Positions 49,474-59,743 of a stretch of DNA of 64,000 bases are shown here, one piece after another (within the stretch, counting starts at the first letter, position 1; each line of letters opens with the position of its first letter). The notes below the pieces were generated by a model. That model was not told the DNA's origin. It saw only the letters and a program-made list of their open reading frames with translations, and did no database searches. Origin of the DNA: Longimicrobiales bacterium (GTDB lineage: Bacteria; Gemmatimonadota; Gemmatimonadetes; Longimicrobiales; Gaopeijiaceae); assembly GCA_965226375.1 (NCBI GenBank), contig CBDDCX010000006.1:256001-320000 (forward strand). Direction: 5' to 3'. Position numbers and translations under genes: made by a program.

Positions 49474-50973
49474 GACTTCGGGACGTGTGGCCTGAAGGGC
49501 CGGCACGAGGCCGAATAGGACCGTAGTCGCGAGCGAGATGGCGAGCGCGGACAAAAGCAGCCGGCCGTCCAACCCGATGCCCAGCGAGTCGATGGTGACA
49601 CTCCCAGGAAGCTGGAAGTTGCCCAGGAGCTTGATCAGCATGTCCGCAAGGAAGACCCCAGCACCGGCGCCCACGAGCGAAAGAACCGTGCTCTCCGTGA
49701 GGAGCTGGCGCACCAGACGGCCTCGGCCGGCACCGATGGCCAAGCGCACCCCGATCTCTCGCTTTCGAGCCGATGCCCTGGCAAGCAACAGGTTGGCCAG
49801 GTTGGCGCAGGCCAAGAGCAGCGTGAATCCGGTGACCCCCATGAGGAGCCAGACGAATCCGCGCATCTGGGCCTCACTCCCGTTTGGGAGCAGATAACCC
49901 GGGAGCGCGTCCACCGTGACGGAGCGTGGCCCGCGAGCGTCAGGGTCCTCCTCGGCGAGCTGATCCGACACGGCCAGGAGCTCCGCCCGCGCCTGCTCCA
50001 CGGTACTCTCTGGGTTGAGACGAGCGAGGAGCATGTCCATCCAACGGCTGCCGCGTCTCTCCCAGATGGTCTCCTGGGATATGGTCCCGACACCAAGCAA
50101 TGCACCGCTCTGCAGTGGAATCCAGATCTCCGGTTCCGCATCGAGCCGCATACCCTTGAAGCCTGGACGGGCGACTCCCACGACCTCGAAGGCCGCACTG
50201 TTGAGCCGAATCGTTTGTCCGACGATTTCAGGGTCGGAGAGGAAGTGATCCTTCCAGTAGTCGTGGCGGAGGACGGCCACCGCTGCACCGGCCCGGAGGA
50301 CATCATCCTGGGGCTGAAGCAGCCGACCGGACGCGGGCGTAACGCCCAGAAGCTCGAAGTAGTTGCCAGTTACCGCTTGCAGGGTGACGAAGACGGCTCC
50401 ACCGCTGTCGTCGCCCAGGCTCGCGGGCAGAAAGCTGGTCGCGGCCATATCGGCGAAGTGGGTCGAACGGTCCCGGTAATCCAGATAGTCCGGATACGAC
50501 GATGAGCTTCTCGGAAAGCCCCGACGGCTGGTGGTGAAGACCGCCGCCAACTGGTCGGGCTCGTGCACGGGCGGGGCCCGAAAGAGCGTGGCGTGAACGA
50601 GGCTGAAGATGGCCGTGTTGGCACCGATCCCCAAAGCGAGCGTTATCAGTGCCACCACGGTGAAGCCGGGCTTGGCCAGTAGTGTTCGAACGGTGTAGCG
50701 CAGGTCCTGCATAAGCGAAGACAACATTTCCCAACCCCTCCTCTTCGATTCCCTTGTCTTGGCCCAGCCGCGGACCTCTGCCTCGATCCTACCGACGTCG
50801 CCGAACGCATCGAGCGACGCCTTCCATGCTTCACCCGGTTCCATCCCCTCATCGACGAATTCTCTCGCTCGCTCTTCGAGGTAGAACCGAATCTCGTCGC
50901 GGACTTCGGCGTCGAGGCGCTCCAGGAGCCGGTTCATGCTGAGATCGGAGCGGAATTCCTTACGCTTGCTCAT
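49474..50973 (-). pseudogene. ADOP-type ABC permease, 3' half missing
   Basis: Permease prefix domain; ALGIGANTAIFS; first FtsX ends FGLVPALQATRPEV and then abuts kinase sequence. Confidence 0.88.
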
Positions 50974-51017
50974 CGATCAGCTTCTCGACGCGTGACGGTT
51001 ATCGAGGGCGTCGGTCA

Positions 51018-51347
51018 CTAGCGACTCCCAGCCAGGATGGCCGTGACTGCCCCCGAGTACTCGTTCCAGCGGGCCGTCTCCGCTTTGAGATGGCCGCGCC
51101 CTTCCTTCGTGAGCTCGTAGAACTTGGCTCGACGGCCTGTGTCGGTGCGTCCCCATTTGGCGTCCAGCAGTCCGCGTGCCTGCAGCCGGTGGAGAGCCGG
51201 GTAGAGCGCGCCTTCCTCGACGCTCAGCACGCCCTGGCTATCCTCCCGGATCACTCGGCCGATGGCGTAGCCGTGCATGGGGTCGTCCCTCAGGGTCTTC
51301 AGTACCAGCATGTCGAGGGTTCCGGTGAACAGATCGCTACCGCTCAT
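51018..51347 (-). CDS. PadR family transcriptional regulator (ADOP-associated type)
   Basis: GTLDMLVLK.L, HGY.I, EGALYPALHRL, RRAKFY.LT..G. Confidence 0.96.
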   Translation of the reverse strand: MSGSDLFTGTLDMLVLKTLRDDPMHGYAIGRVIREDSQGVLSVEEGALYPALHRLQARGLLDAKWGRTDTGRRAKFYELTKEGRGHLKAETARWNEYSGAVTAILAGSR

Positions 51348-51394
51348 GTCGTCACTCCGTGGTCCGCATGCCTTCGTGGCTTATGCCTCTGCCA

Positions 51395-51430
51395 CTTAGG
51401 TATCATATATCAACATACCTAAGCGAGCAA
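51395..51430 (-). promoter_or_regulatory. padR promoter overlapped by a 9-11-9 inverted repeat
   Basis: TTGCTC (51430-51425)-N17-TATGAT (51407-51402); CTTAGGTAT-N11-ATACCTAAG at 51395-51423. Confidence 0.75.
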
Positions 51431-51484
51431 GGTGTTGGACAGACCGGTTTTCGAAGGCTGGCCCGAAGGGCCTCCGGAGGACCT

Positions 51485-53188
51485 CTAGATCTCGCGCCGC
51501 TGTGCGAACTGGCCGATATGATCGGCAGCCCGGTACGCGAGTGCCTGGATGGTGGCGGTGGGCTGTCCGCGCCCGCCGGTCACCATGCTGCTGCCGTCGA
51601 CCAGGAAGAGGTTTCGCACGTCGTGGGTGCGGTGGTACTTGTCCACGACGGACGCGCTCGAATCGTCGCCCATGCGGCACGTGCCAAGGAGGTGCACGCC
51701 GAAGCTCTGCTGAAAGTTGTCGGGCCTCCAGGTCTGCAGTGCTCCGGCTGCGTCCATGATCTCGTTGGCCTTCTTGGCTAGGAACGCCATCATCGCCATG
51801 TCGTCGTCGTGGTCCTTCCACGTCACCTTCATGGCCGGGAGACCCCAGTCGTCCTTCAGTTCCGGATCGAGTTCGATACGATTGGTCGCTACCGGAAGGG
51901 ACGTGGTGTGCACGTCGACGTTCATGCTGCGCGAGTAGTTTTGGTTGAGCAGCCGCTTGTACTCACGCCCCCATGTCGGTGAACCCGGCGGCAGAAAGCC
52001 GCCGGTCCCGAAGAAGAGCGGATATCCGCCCCAGTACCGGGTGTCGATCCCACCGCCGCCGTAGAAGCCCCGTGCCGGATCGGAGTCGTAGTAGTCCCAG
52101 AGCATCCGGGTGACCATGACGCTCTTCCACTCGTTGAGCGGGCGCTCGAAGACGGCCGTGGTACTCGCGTTCCCGTTGAACATGAGGTACTTGCCGACTA
52201 TGCCGCTCGAGTTGGCGAGGCCCTCGGGGAACAGGTTGCTCTTCGACATGAGGAGCAAGCGAGGCGTCTCGGCCCCGTTGGCGCACAGCACCACGGCCTT
52301 GGCGCGCTGGAAGTGCTCCACCCGGTCCGCATCGAAGTAGATGACGCCGGTGGCTCTGCCGCGGTCGTCGATTTCCACCTTGCGAACGTAACTCTCGGAC
52401 CGGATCTCGCACCGGCCTGTGGCCTCGGCCTCGGGGATCGTCGTGAAGAGCGTGGACGACTTGGCCTGATGCTCACATCCGAACCCGGCGCAGTCCCCAC
52501 AGTGCTGGCACGCTGGGCGGCCCTTGTAGGGCTCGGAGATGATGCACATGGGGGCGACCTGCGGGTTCAGGCCCAGGGCTTTGGCCCCTCGCTCGAAGAG
52601 AACACCGGAGCTCTTCACGGGAAGTGCCGGCACCGGATACGGGCGGGATCGGGGCGGGTCGAAGGGCCCCGGCTCACCCGAGATACCCAGGTCCCATTCC
52701 GCCTTGGTGTAGTACGGCTCCAGCTCGTCGTAAGTGAGAGGCCAGTCCTCTAGCCCGGTGCCGGAGATGGACCCGACGATGCTCTTCTCCATGAAGTCCA
52801 GGGGCTTGAAGCGCCAATAGTTTGCTGAAAACATGACGCTGCCGCCGCCCACCAGCCGATGGTATCCGACTCCGCCACCGCCGCCCAGAATCCCGCCGCC
52901 TGTCGGTTGCACTTCGGCATCGGGCCCGGCTTGGAAGGTCTGGGGCTGTAGTTCCGCCGTGTTGCTGAGCCAGCCCTGGAAGAAGGTGTCGAATTCGTCG
53001 TGCCTGAACTCGTGCGGTTGCACGCGCGGACCCTGCTCAAGCACTAGCACTGAGAAGCCCGCTACGGCCAACTCCTTGGCCACCACGCCACCGGCCGCCC
53101 CCGAACCGACGAGGACGAAATCCACCACGTCGCTATCTTGGAATCGAACGCCGCTTGGGGCTTCTCCCCTCGTTTTGCCGGCGATCAT
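51485..53188 (-). CDS. GMC family flavoprotein oxidoreductase (glucoside 3-/gluconate 2-dehydrogenase-like)
   Basis: VGSGAAGG; VGGGS; CQHCGDCAGFGC Cys cluster; HLLGTCRMG; PTATIQALA. Confidence 0.93.
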   Translation of the reverse strand: MIAGKTRGEAPSGVRFQDSDVVDFVLVGSGAAGGVVAKELAVAGFSVLVLEQGPRVQPHEFRHDEFDTFFQGWLSNTAELQPQTFQAGPDAEVQPTGGGILGGGGGVGYHRLVGGGSVMFSANYWRFKPLDFMEKSIVGSISGTGLEDWPLTYDELEPYYTKAEWDLGISGEPGPFDPPRSRPYPVPALPVKSSGVLFERGAKALGLNPQVAPMCIISEPYKGRPACQHCGDCAGFGCEHQAKSSTLFTTIPEAEATGRCEIRSESYVRKVEIDDRGRATGVIYFDADRVEHFQRAKAVVLCANGAETPRLLLMSKSNLFPEGLANSSGIVGKYLMFNGNASTTAVFERPLNEWKSVMVTRMLWDYYDSDPARGFYGGGGIDTRYWGGYPLFFGTGGFLPPGSPTWGREYKRLLNQNYSRSMNVDVHTTSLPVATNRIELDPELKDDWGLPAMKVTWKDHDDDMAMMAFLAKKANEIMDAAGALQTWRPDNFQQSFGVHLLGTCRMGDDSSASVVDKYHRTHDVRNLFLVDGSSMVTGGRGQPTATIQALAYRAADHIGQFAQRREI

Positions 53189-53766
53189 CGTCCCATTTCC
53201 TGGGCGTCATAGTATCCGAACGGCGGCTGCCACACGTAGCGCGGCTCGAATCCCAGGAGCTTCCATCCGGCCCCTTCGTAGTTTCCACCCCAATCCGGGT
53301 GGGCGAACATGCCGGTGAGGACACCGAAGCGTACGGCCCCGAAGAACGGTTCGTCCTCGATCTCGGTGAGGAGCTCGTGCTGCTGTTCCTCCGTCAGCTC
53401 GGCGAAACGGGCTGCGGTGGGCCAGCGCTCCGATACCGTACCGTTTAGCTCGTCCAAGCCCCCCAGCAGGAAGTCCTTCTGGCCGGCCATGAAGTTGCCC
53501 AGAGCCCGGTCGATGAAGACCACCACGCGGGCTTCGCGCGCGCCCGGCAGGTCGTCGTCGCTCGGGATGATCTGGGCGGCGATGGCGTCCAAGTCGGCGG
53601 CCTGGTCCGCGGTCAGCACCTCATACACGACCTGCTCGCCTCGTGCGGAAGCTCGCGAGGCTTGGAGGGCGCCGAAGAAGGCTTCGGGGTCGGACCCGAG
53701 CCATAGGCCGGCCACGGCACCGGTGGCTGCGAGGAACTCTCGACGTGTCGCGGACGGTTCAGTCAT
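53185..53766 (-). CDS. gluconate 2-dehydrogenase subunit 3 family (Tat carrier subunit)
   Basis: TRREFL Tat motif; IIP.D..PGA..A.V..FID; GMF..P..GGN....GW..LGF. Confidence 0.92.
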   Translation of the reverse strand: MTEPSATRREFLAATGAVAGLWLGSDPEAFFGALQASRASARGEQVVYEVLTADQAADLDAIAAQIIPSDDDLPGAREARVVVFIDRALGNFMAGQKDFLLGGLDELNGTVSERWPTAARFAELTEEQQHELLTEIEDEPFFGAVRFGVLTGMFAHPDWGGNYEGAGWKLLGFEPRYVWQPPFGYYDAQEMGR

Positions 53767-53928
53767 CGTTTCTGCAGGTTGGAGGAAGTCAGCAAGGTGA
53801 TTAGGCCATCGGCATCCCGCTAGTTCCCATGGTCTTCACCTCGGTAGTCGCCGACCGCGATGCGCAGGTTGCATCGAGCGCCGCCGGGGGGCTGGCTCAT
53901 CATGCGGGCCGGAGATTCCGTTCGCGGG

Positions 53929-54696
53929 CTAGAGCGGCCTGATCTTGAGGTTGCGGTACCGTATCTCGTGGCCGTGGTCCTGGATGCCGATTCGGCCGCT
54001 CGGCGCCATACCATAATGGTCGTGGGGAGCGAACTTGCTGCCGTCGACCAGCTCCACCCACTCGGGTGAGCCGAGCTCGTACTCCACGGTCATCCTTCCG
54101 TTGAGCCAGTGCTCCACATGCGCTCCGTCCACGAGGATGCGGCCGACGTTCCATTCGCCGAGCGGATTGGATGCGGTCACCACCGACGCGTGCAGGTCGT
54201 AATTGTCCCCTGTCAGGTGCTTGTGCATGTCCATGGTGCCCATGTCGATGTACGCCGTGTCATCCAGCACCTGAAACTCGGGTGCCACCATCCACATCGC
54301 TTCACCTTCGTGCTCCTGGACACGGTAGAACACGCCGCTGTTACCCACGGGCGAGATCTGGAAGTCAAACGTGAGCTCGAAGTCCGAAAACTCGGCGTCC
54401 GAGACGATATCACCCCCGAGCCCCTCCTCGCCCCCGTCCGACGCGAAGACGATCAGGTTTCCGTCGGCGATGTCCCAACCCTGTGCCGGGAATGCTTCCT
54501 GGTTATATCCCCGCCAGCCGTCCGGGGAGACGCCGTCGAAGAGGAGCTGCCAGCCGGCCTCGACCTCTTCGGGAGTCAGGGTGTTGTGCTCGGGTGCGGG
54601 CAAGATGGATGCGTCGGATACTTCGGGAGCATCGCTGCTCGGTTGGCAGCCCCCCGTGGCGAGGCTGGCGATGAGAACGAGGGTGCACCCCCTCAC
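53929..54696 (-). CDS. DUF1080 family lipoprotein (3-keto-glycoside processing)
   Basis: Lipobox-like GG-C; GW.LLFDG...GWR; NSGVFY; EFQVLD; GEWN; IQDHG...YRNLKIR. Confidence 0.93.
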   Translation of the reverse strand: MRGCTLVLIASLATGGCQPSSDAPEVSDASILPAPEHNTLTPEEVEAGWQLLFDGVSPDGWRGYNQEAFPAQGWDIADGNLIVFASDGGEEGLGGDIVSDAEFSDFELTFDFQISPVGNSGVFYRVQEHEGEAMWMVAPEFQVLDDTAYIDMGTMDMHKHLTGDNYDLHASVVTASNPLGEWNVGRILVDGAHVEHWLNGRMTVEYELGSPEWVELVDGSKFAPHDHYGMAPSGRIGIQDHGHEIRYRNLKIRPL

Positions 54697-56063
54697 AGGA
54701 CGCGCATTTCCTGCGGGTCCCAGCTGACGCTCCGCTCGTTGAAGTAGCTGTCGTTGCAGGACAGGGCAGGGGCAGCCGCCCGCATGCCGAACACGGCGTC
54801 CTCACTGACCGGTGTGCCGTTCCGGACACCGTTGAAGAAATTCACGAAGTGATCGAAATGAGCCCCCATGTATCCTTGCTCGGCCACATACACGCTCTCT
54901 GCCGGCGGGAGCATCTGCTTCCGCTCTGCGGCCCGGGAGCCCATCTCGTCACTCTTCATCTGGTTGAAGACGTCGGTGGCTCCGCTGACCTTGTTGCGCC
55001 GCAAGACGATCTCCTGCCAGTCCACGTCCATGGCGCCTTCACTTCCCACCAACCGCAGGTAGGTGCTGCCGGAAGTGCCGTCCACGAAGTTGACCCTCAG
55101 GGAGAGATTGAACGGAGGGTGGGCTTCGCCCTCGGGGTAGTCGAACATGCCGAGCAAGACATCGGGCACCTCGCGACCGTCCTTCCAATAGCGGAGACCT
55201 CCCTGAGCCATCACCCGCTGTGGGCCCAATGAAGACGCGATGAAGTGCAGGCTGGAGAAGAGGTGCACGAACAGGTCTCCGGCCACTCCCGTTCCGTAGT
55301 CCCGGTAGTTGCGCCACCGGAAGACCCGAAGAGGATCGAAGGGGCGGCGGGGGGCGCCCCCCTGGAACATCTCCCAGTCGACCGTCTCCTCCGACGCGTC
55401 GTCGGGAACGTCGTACTGCCAAGCCCCCACCGGCGAGTTCCGGGCCCAGAAGCCTTCGGCGTAGTTCAACTCGCCGATGGCGCCCTCTTCCAGCAGCTCC
55501 TTGGCCTTCTCGTTCCCGAGGGAGCTCATCCCCTGGCTACCTACCTGAAACGTCTTGCCCGACTCCTGCTGGGCCCGGATGACGTCATGGCCCTCTTCGA
55601 TGTCATGGACCATAGGCTTTTCGCAATAGACCGACTTACCACTCCGGAGCGCCTCGGTCGAGATGCGAGCGTGCCAATGGTCGGGGGTGCCGACGATCAC
55701 GGCGTCGATGTCGTCCCGGGCCAGCACCTCTCGATAATCTCGAGTCGTGAAGAGGTCGGCTCCGTGCTTTTCGCGTGCAGCGTCCAGGCGGCCGTCGTAG
55801 CAGTCGCAGGCTGCCACCAGACGCACACCCGGCACCTGAAGAGCGGTATCCACGTCGGCCATGCCCATGCCGCCGGCACCGATGACGGCGATCTGGACGT
55901 CGTCGTTCACAGCAACCCGTCGGGTCGATCGGAGGATTTGGGCCGCCGGGCGGTGGGCCGCCGACAGAATCGACGGAGTGGCGCCCGCCGCCATCGCTCC
56001 GGCGGCCAGCTTGCCGATGAAGCCGCGCCTGGTGTGGCGGGAGCTTTCCGGGTGGTCGGTCAT
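54693..56063 (-). CDS. Tat-exported Gfo/Idh/MocA NAD-dependent oxidoreductase
   Basis: TRRGF; IGAGGMG; TPDHWH; YCEKP; WR...DYG.G..GD..VH. Confidence 0.95.
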   Translation of the reverse strand: MTDHPESSRHTRRGFIGKLAAGAMAAGATPSILSAAHRPAAQILRSTRRVAVNDDVQIAVIGAGGMGMADVDTALQVPGVRLVAACDCYDGRLDAAREKHGADLFTTRDYREVLARDDIDAVIVGTPDHWHARISTEALRSGKSVYCEKPMVHDIEEGHDVIRAQQESGKTFQVGSQGMSSLGNEKAKELLEEGAIGELNYAEGFWARNSPVGAWQYDVPDDASEETVDWEMFQGGAPRRPFDPLRVFRWRNYRDYGTGVAGDLFVHLFSSLHFIASSLGPQRVMAQGGLRYWKDGREVPDVLLGMFDYPEGEAHPPFNLSLRVNFVDGTSGSTYLRLVGSEGAMDVDWQEIVLRRNKVSGATDVFNQMKSDEMGSRAAERKQMLPPAESVYVAEQGYMGAHFDHFVNFFNGVRNGTPVSEDAVFGMRAAAPALSCNDSYFNERSVSWDPQEMRVL

Positions 56064-56120
56064 CTGAGAGTGCCTCCGGTGGAGATTTTCGCAGGGAGGC
56101 CCGTCAGGGTCCTCCGCCAG

Positions 56121-56420
56121 TTATGCGTGGGGCTCGAAGATGATGGCATGAATATCGGTATCACCGATGTTCTCGACCACATGTGTCCAAGCCTCATGGT
56201 ACATGACGTGACCATCGGGGATCTCGGCCTCCATGGAGTCGTCGCCCACGTAGATCCTCACGTGGCCGCCTTTGAGGAAGTAGACGGTCTCGTTTGGGTG
56301 GGAGTGCTCGTTGTCCTTGGCTCCAGCCGGTAGCGTCATCTCGACGACCCTGAGGTGATCGTTGGAGAAGAGGACCTTGTAATGGTCCGGGGATACGTCG
56401 CAGGGATCGATGTAGGTCAA
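56121..56420 (-). CDS. cupin domain protein
   Basis: TTG start after SD AAGGA; HSHP..VY and H.VENIG cupin motifs. Confidence 0.85.
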   Translation of the reverse strand: MTYIDPCDVSPDHYKVLFSNDHLRVVEMTLPAGAKDNEHSHPNETVYFLKGGHVRIYVGDDSMEAEIPDGHVMYHEAWTHVVENIGDTDIHAIIFEPHA

Positions 56421-56615
56421 GGGATCGGTCCTTTTGCATGTCACAGCCGAGTACCGACGTTCTGTTCGCCTGTACGAAGGCTGCGATCGTGTATGGGCCA
56501 TACATGATATGGATCGGAGTGCCGGAGTTCAAAGGCTCCGCTGGCACGCTCGACAGAATCGTTGCCGCTGGATCGTTCCAGAGGCGAGCACAGATGAGGT
56601 ATGCTGCTAGCCCGG

Positions 56616-56679
56616 GGAACCCTCACGCGAGTTGGCCGTGAAGAGACACGTTACGCAACCATCTCGGGTGCCCTACGTA
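56616..56679 (+). promoter_or_regulatory. two tandem ECF-sigma-like promoters
   Basis: GGAAC(56616)-N16-CGTG(56637) and GCAAC(56655)-N16-CGTA(56676), upstream of an operon containing an ECF sigma factor. Confidence 0.5.
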
Positions 56680-56718
56680 CAATGCGTTGGAGAAGGCGTG
56701 ATCGATGGATGTTGGGAG

Positions 56719-59247
56719 ATGGTCGTGAAAGGATACAAGCTGTGCCTCATGCTTCTTGTGGCGCCGAGCCTCGGCGTGGCTCAGGAGCTGGCACCGGTTC
56801 GGGGCGAAGTGGCGGGACGCGTCGTCGATGCGGACTCACAGGTGTCCTTGGCTGGCGCCGTTGTTGTTTTGGAGCCGGCGCCCGCGGGGGCCGTGTGGAG
56901 CAGTGTGGGAGGAGCCGCTTTCCCGGCGTCCGCGATCACCACCGAGACGAACGGTGTTGGGGCCTACCGCTTCGAGGGACTCGGCTCAGGCACCTATGTG
57001 ATCCGCGTGATGCGCCTCGGTTACCAGCCGGCACGCGTCGAGATCGAGCTCCACGGGGCGGCCATGTCCAGGGTCACGCTCGGCCTGGTCGTGGCACCCA
57101 TCGCGCTGGCGCCCGTCAGGGTGGCAGTGGATGTCAGCCCGATCATGGAGCGAGCCGTCGTGTCTGAAGAGGTGGACGCACGGCGTATCCGCTCCGTGGA
57201 GGAGAGGCAGGAGCGCTTCCTCGAGTCCGACGTGCGGTCGATGGGCTACACGGACATGCTCGAGGCAGTGACCTTGGGTGAGACCGACATCTTCCGTGCG
57301 CTTCAACGCCTGCCGGGCGTGTCGACACGGGACGACTACACAGCCCAGCTGTGGACCCGCGGGGCCCCGTGGGGTCAGACAAGGGTGTATTTCGACGGCG
57401 TGCCCCTGTTCAACCCGGTCCACATGGGCGGTTTTTTCTCCGGTGTCAGCCCCGAGGCCGTGGGCACCGTGTTTTTCCACCCCGGCGTCCGGCCCGCGTC
57501 CATCGGGGAAGGGGCAGCCGGGGTCGTCAGCCTTTCGTCGCGTCCGGCGAGACCGCATGAGTCCATCCCTCTTCGATCCGAGATCACGCTGGCGAGCCTG
57601 CGAGCCACGAGCGAGGCCCGATTCTGGGATGACAAGGGGGGGGTCCTGGTATCGGGACGTCGTAGTTGGTGGGATTGGGCGACCGAGACGGCGGCGGACC
57701 AAGCGACCCGGCCCGAGGACATTGTAGCCTTCGCTCTCATGAGTTGGTCAGGCGTGTTCGACTATTCGTGGGGTGAGCACAATCGCGTGGAGGTGAGCGC
57801 TCTATTCGAGGAGGATCAACTGGATGGAGGCATCCCCGGCGTGATCGACGGGAACTTTGGGCGCTGGGGGAACGAGGTACAGCGTGTGAGCTTCGACACC
57901 CGTATCTCGGATCTCCCCCTGCGCTTCACGGTAGGTAACAGCCGATATCGGGGAGACGTCTGGCAAGACGACAGCTTACGGCGAGGATCAAATTTGGCCC
58001 CCGACGTGGTCACGCTGGATACGGCGTTTGGCGAGGTGCTGCACAGCTTCGTAAGGGGTGAGCTGACGGGTGAGCGAGTCGGTGCCCGACCTGCTCGCTG
58101 GACCCTTGGCATGCAGTGGACGGGACAGTCGACCACGTCGCTCGGTGCCGCTATCCCTATCGAGGCGAGCGGTGATCAACGGAGAGCACTGCACGGTGGG
58201 GAGCTCGAGTACGGGGTGGTCTACGGCGAGTACCTGCTGCAGCCTAGCTCCGATGTCACGATCCGTGCCGGCCTGCGATGGGAGACCGGAGGCACGGTGC
58301 AGAATGGCGGCCAAGATCGAGTGGCCCCACGCATAAGCTCCCGTTTCCAGCTTACGCCGCGGGTCGCTCTGTCGGCCGCATTCGGCCGGAGCTTCCAATA
58401 TACGCAGACCATCGGCGAAGTCGGGAACTCGTTCGGACTAGGTCTCCACTTCGCCCAGAGATGGCTGCTGGCCGGCGAGAGCTCGCCCATGATCCAATCC
58501 GATATCGCCACCGTGGGCCTCGAGAGCTGGATCGGCGGGGGATGGCTCGCCTCGACGACAGCCTACGCTCGCCACGCCACGGGCGTGGCCGTGCCCGATC
58601 CCCGAACGGGTAGTGTATTCCCGCCCGATTGGCCCGGCGCGGAGCCGTGACAAGCGTGGGTGGATGGGACGAATACTGCGGTGGGAGTCGAGGTGAGTCT
58701 CCGTCGCTTGGCGGGCCGCGTAACAGGATCTGCATCGTACTCCTTCGGAGACTCGCGCATGAAAGCGGCGGGTATGGAGTTCGCGTCGCTCGCTGACCGG
58801 CGTCACGTGGTAGACGCCACCGTGATGGTCCGAGCTCGGGAGAACCTCCTCGTCGGTGCAGCCTTCACAGGCGCCTCGGGAGCCCCGTTTACGCGAACCT
58901 TCACGCAGTACTGCCACGATTGGCCGCATGACAGCGGAAACTGTCCGGCACCGGCAACCGGCCCAGTGACGTACCGCGGGCTCCGAAACGCCGAACGTGG
59001 TCCGACCTATGCCAGCCTCGACCTGCTCATGGACTGGACGCAGCGGCGGGAGGACTGGACCTGGGGCGTCTTCGTACAGCTGCGGAACTCGTTGGGGCGA
59101 GACAATGCGGCCGTATACAAGGAGACCATCTGTCTGGCCGACTCCTACCTCGGCGGCCGCTGCTCGTCGGACGCGCTGCAGGTGGACGCGTTCGAGGACG
59201 GGATCTACTTCCCGCTCCCCCTCTTCGGCTTCCACGTGATCTTCTGA
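56719..59247 (+). pseudogene. TonB-dependent receptor interrupted by an in-frame TGA at 58648-58650
   Basis: Signal peptide; carboxypeptidase-regulatory-like domain; plug LQRLPGV..RG....T.VYFDG.P.FNP.H; ORF 58660-59247 is in the same frame and ends in Phe. Confidence 0.85.
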
Positions 59248-59248
59248 C

Positions 59249-59743
59249 ATGGACGTGGCGGCGCTCTATCATGAGCATCAAGAGGGACTCCTACGGTACC
59301 TCTCGCGCCTCTCGGGCGATCCGGACCTGGCGGCGGACGCGATGCATGAGGCGTTCGTTCGCATTCAGCAGCGGCCCCCACGACAAACGGAGAATCTGAG
59401 GGCTTGGCTGTATACCGTCGCGACTAACGTCGTCCGTGACATCACCCGCGCGAAACGACATCACAGGGAGCTTCTGGTGGCCCGTCCGGAGCGGGTTGTG
59501 GCGGACGGACCGGTCGATCCCGCGCGTGCGGCCGAGCTCGAGGAGCGCAAGACCCGGGTGCGCCGGGCGCTGGCCGCCCTGAGCGAAAAGGAGCGCACGA
59601 CCCTACTCATGCGCGAGGAGGGCTTTGCACACCACGAGATCGCTGCAGCGGTGGGCACGACCACCAAGTCGGTCGGGACTTTGATCGCGCGTTCGCTGGA
59701 CAAGCTGGCGCGCGAGCTGACGCTGGACGAGGAGGACCTATGA
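59249..59743 (+). CDS. ECF RNA polymerase sigma factor
   Basis: L.RYL.RL.GD...A.D..HEAF; AWLY.VA.N; L.EKER..L.MR.EG....EIA. Confidence 0.95.
   Translation: MDVAALYHEHQEGLLRYLSRLSGDPDLAADAMHEAFVRIQQRPPRQTENLRAWLYTVATNVVRDITRAKRHHRELLVARPERVVADGPVDPARAAELEERKTRVRRALAALSEKERTTLLMREEGFAHHEIAAAVGTTTKSVGTLIARSLDKLARELTLDEEDL

Noticed and set aside
58648..58650. Selenocysteine codon or alternative genetic code
   Set aside because: No redox motif or evident SECIS hairpin follows; TGA terminates many normal genes here (fmt, thiG, tsaD, lgt)
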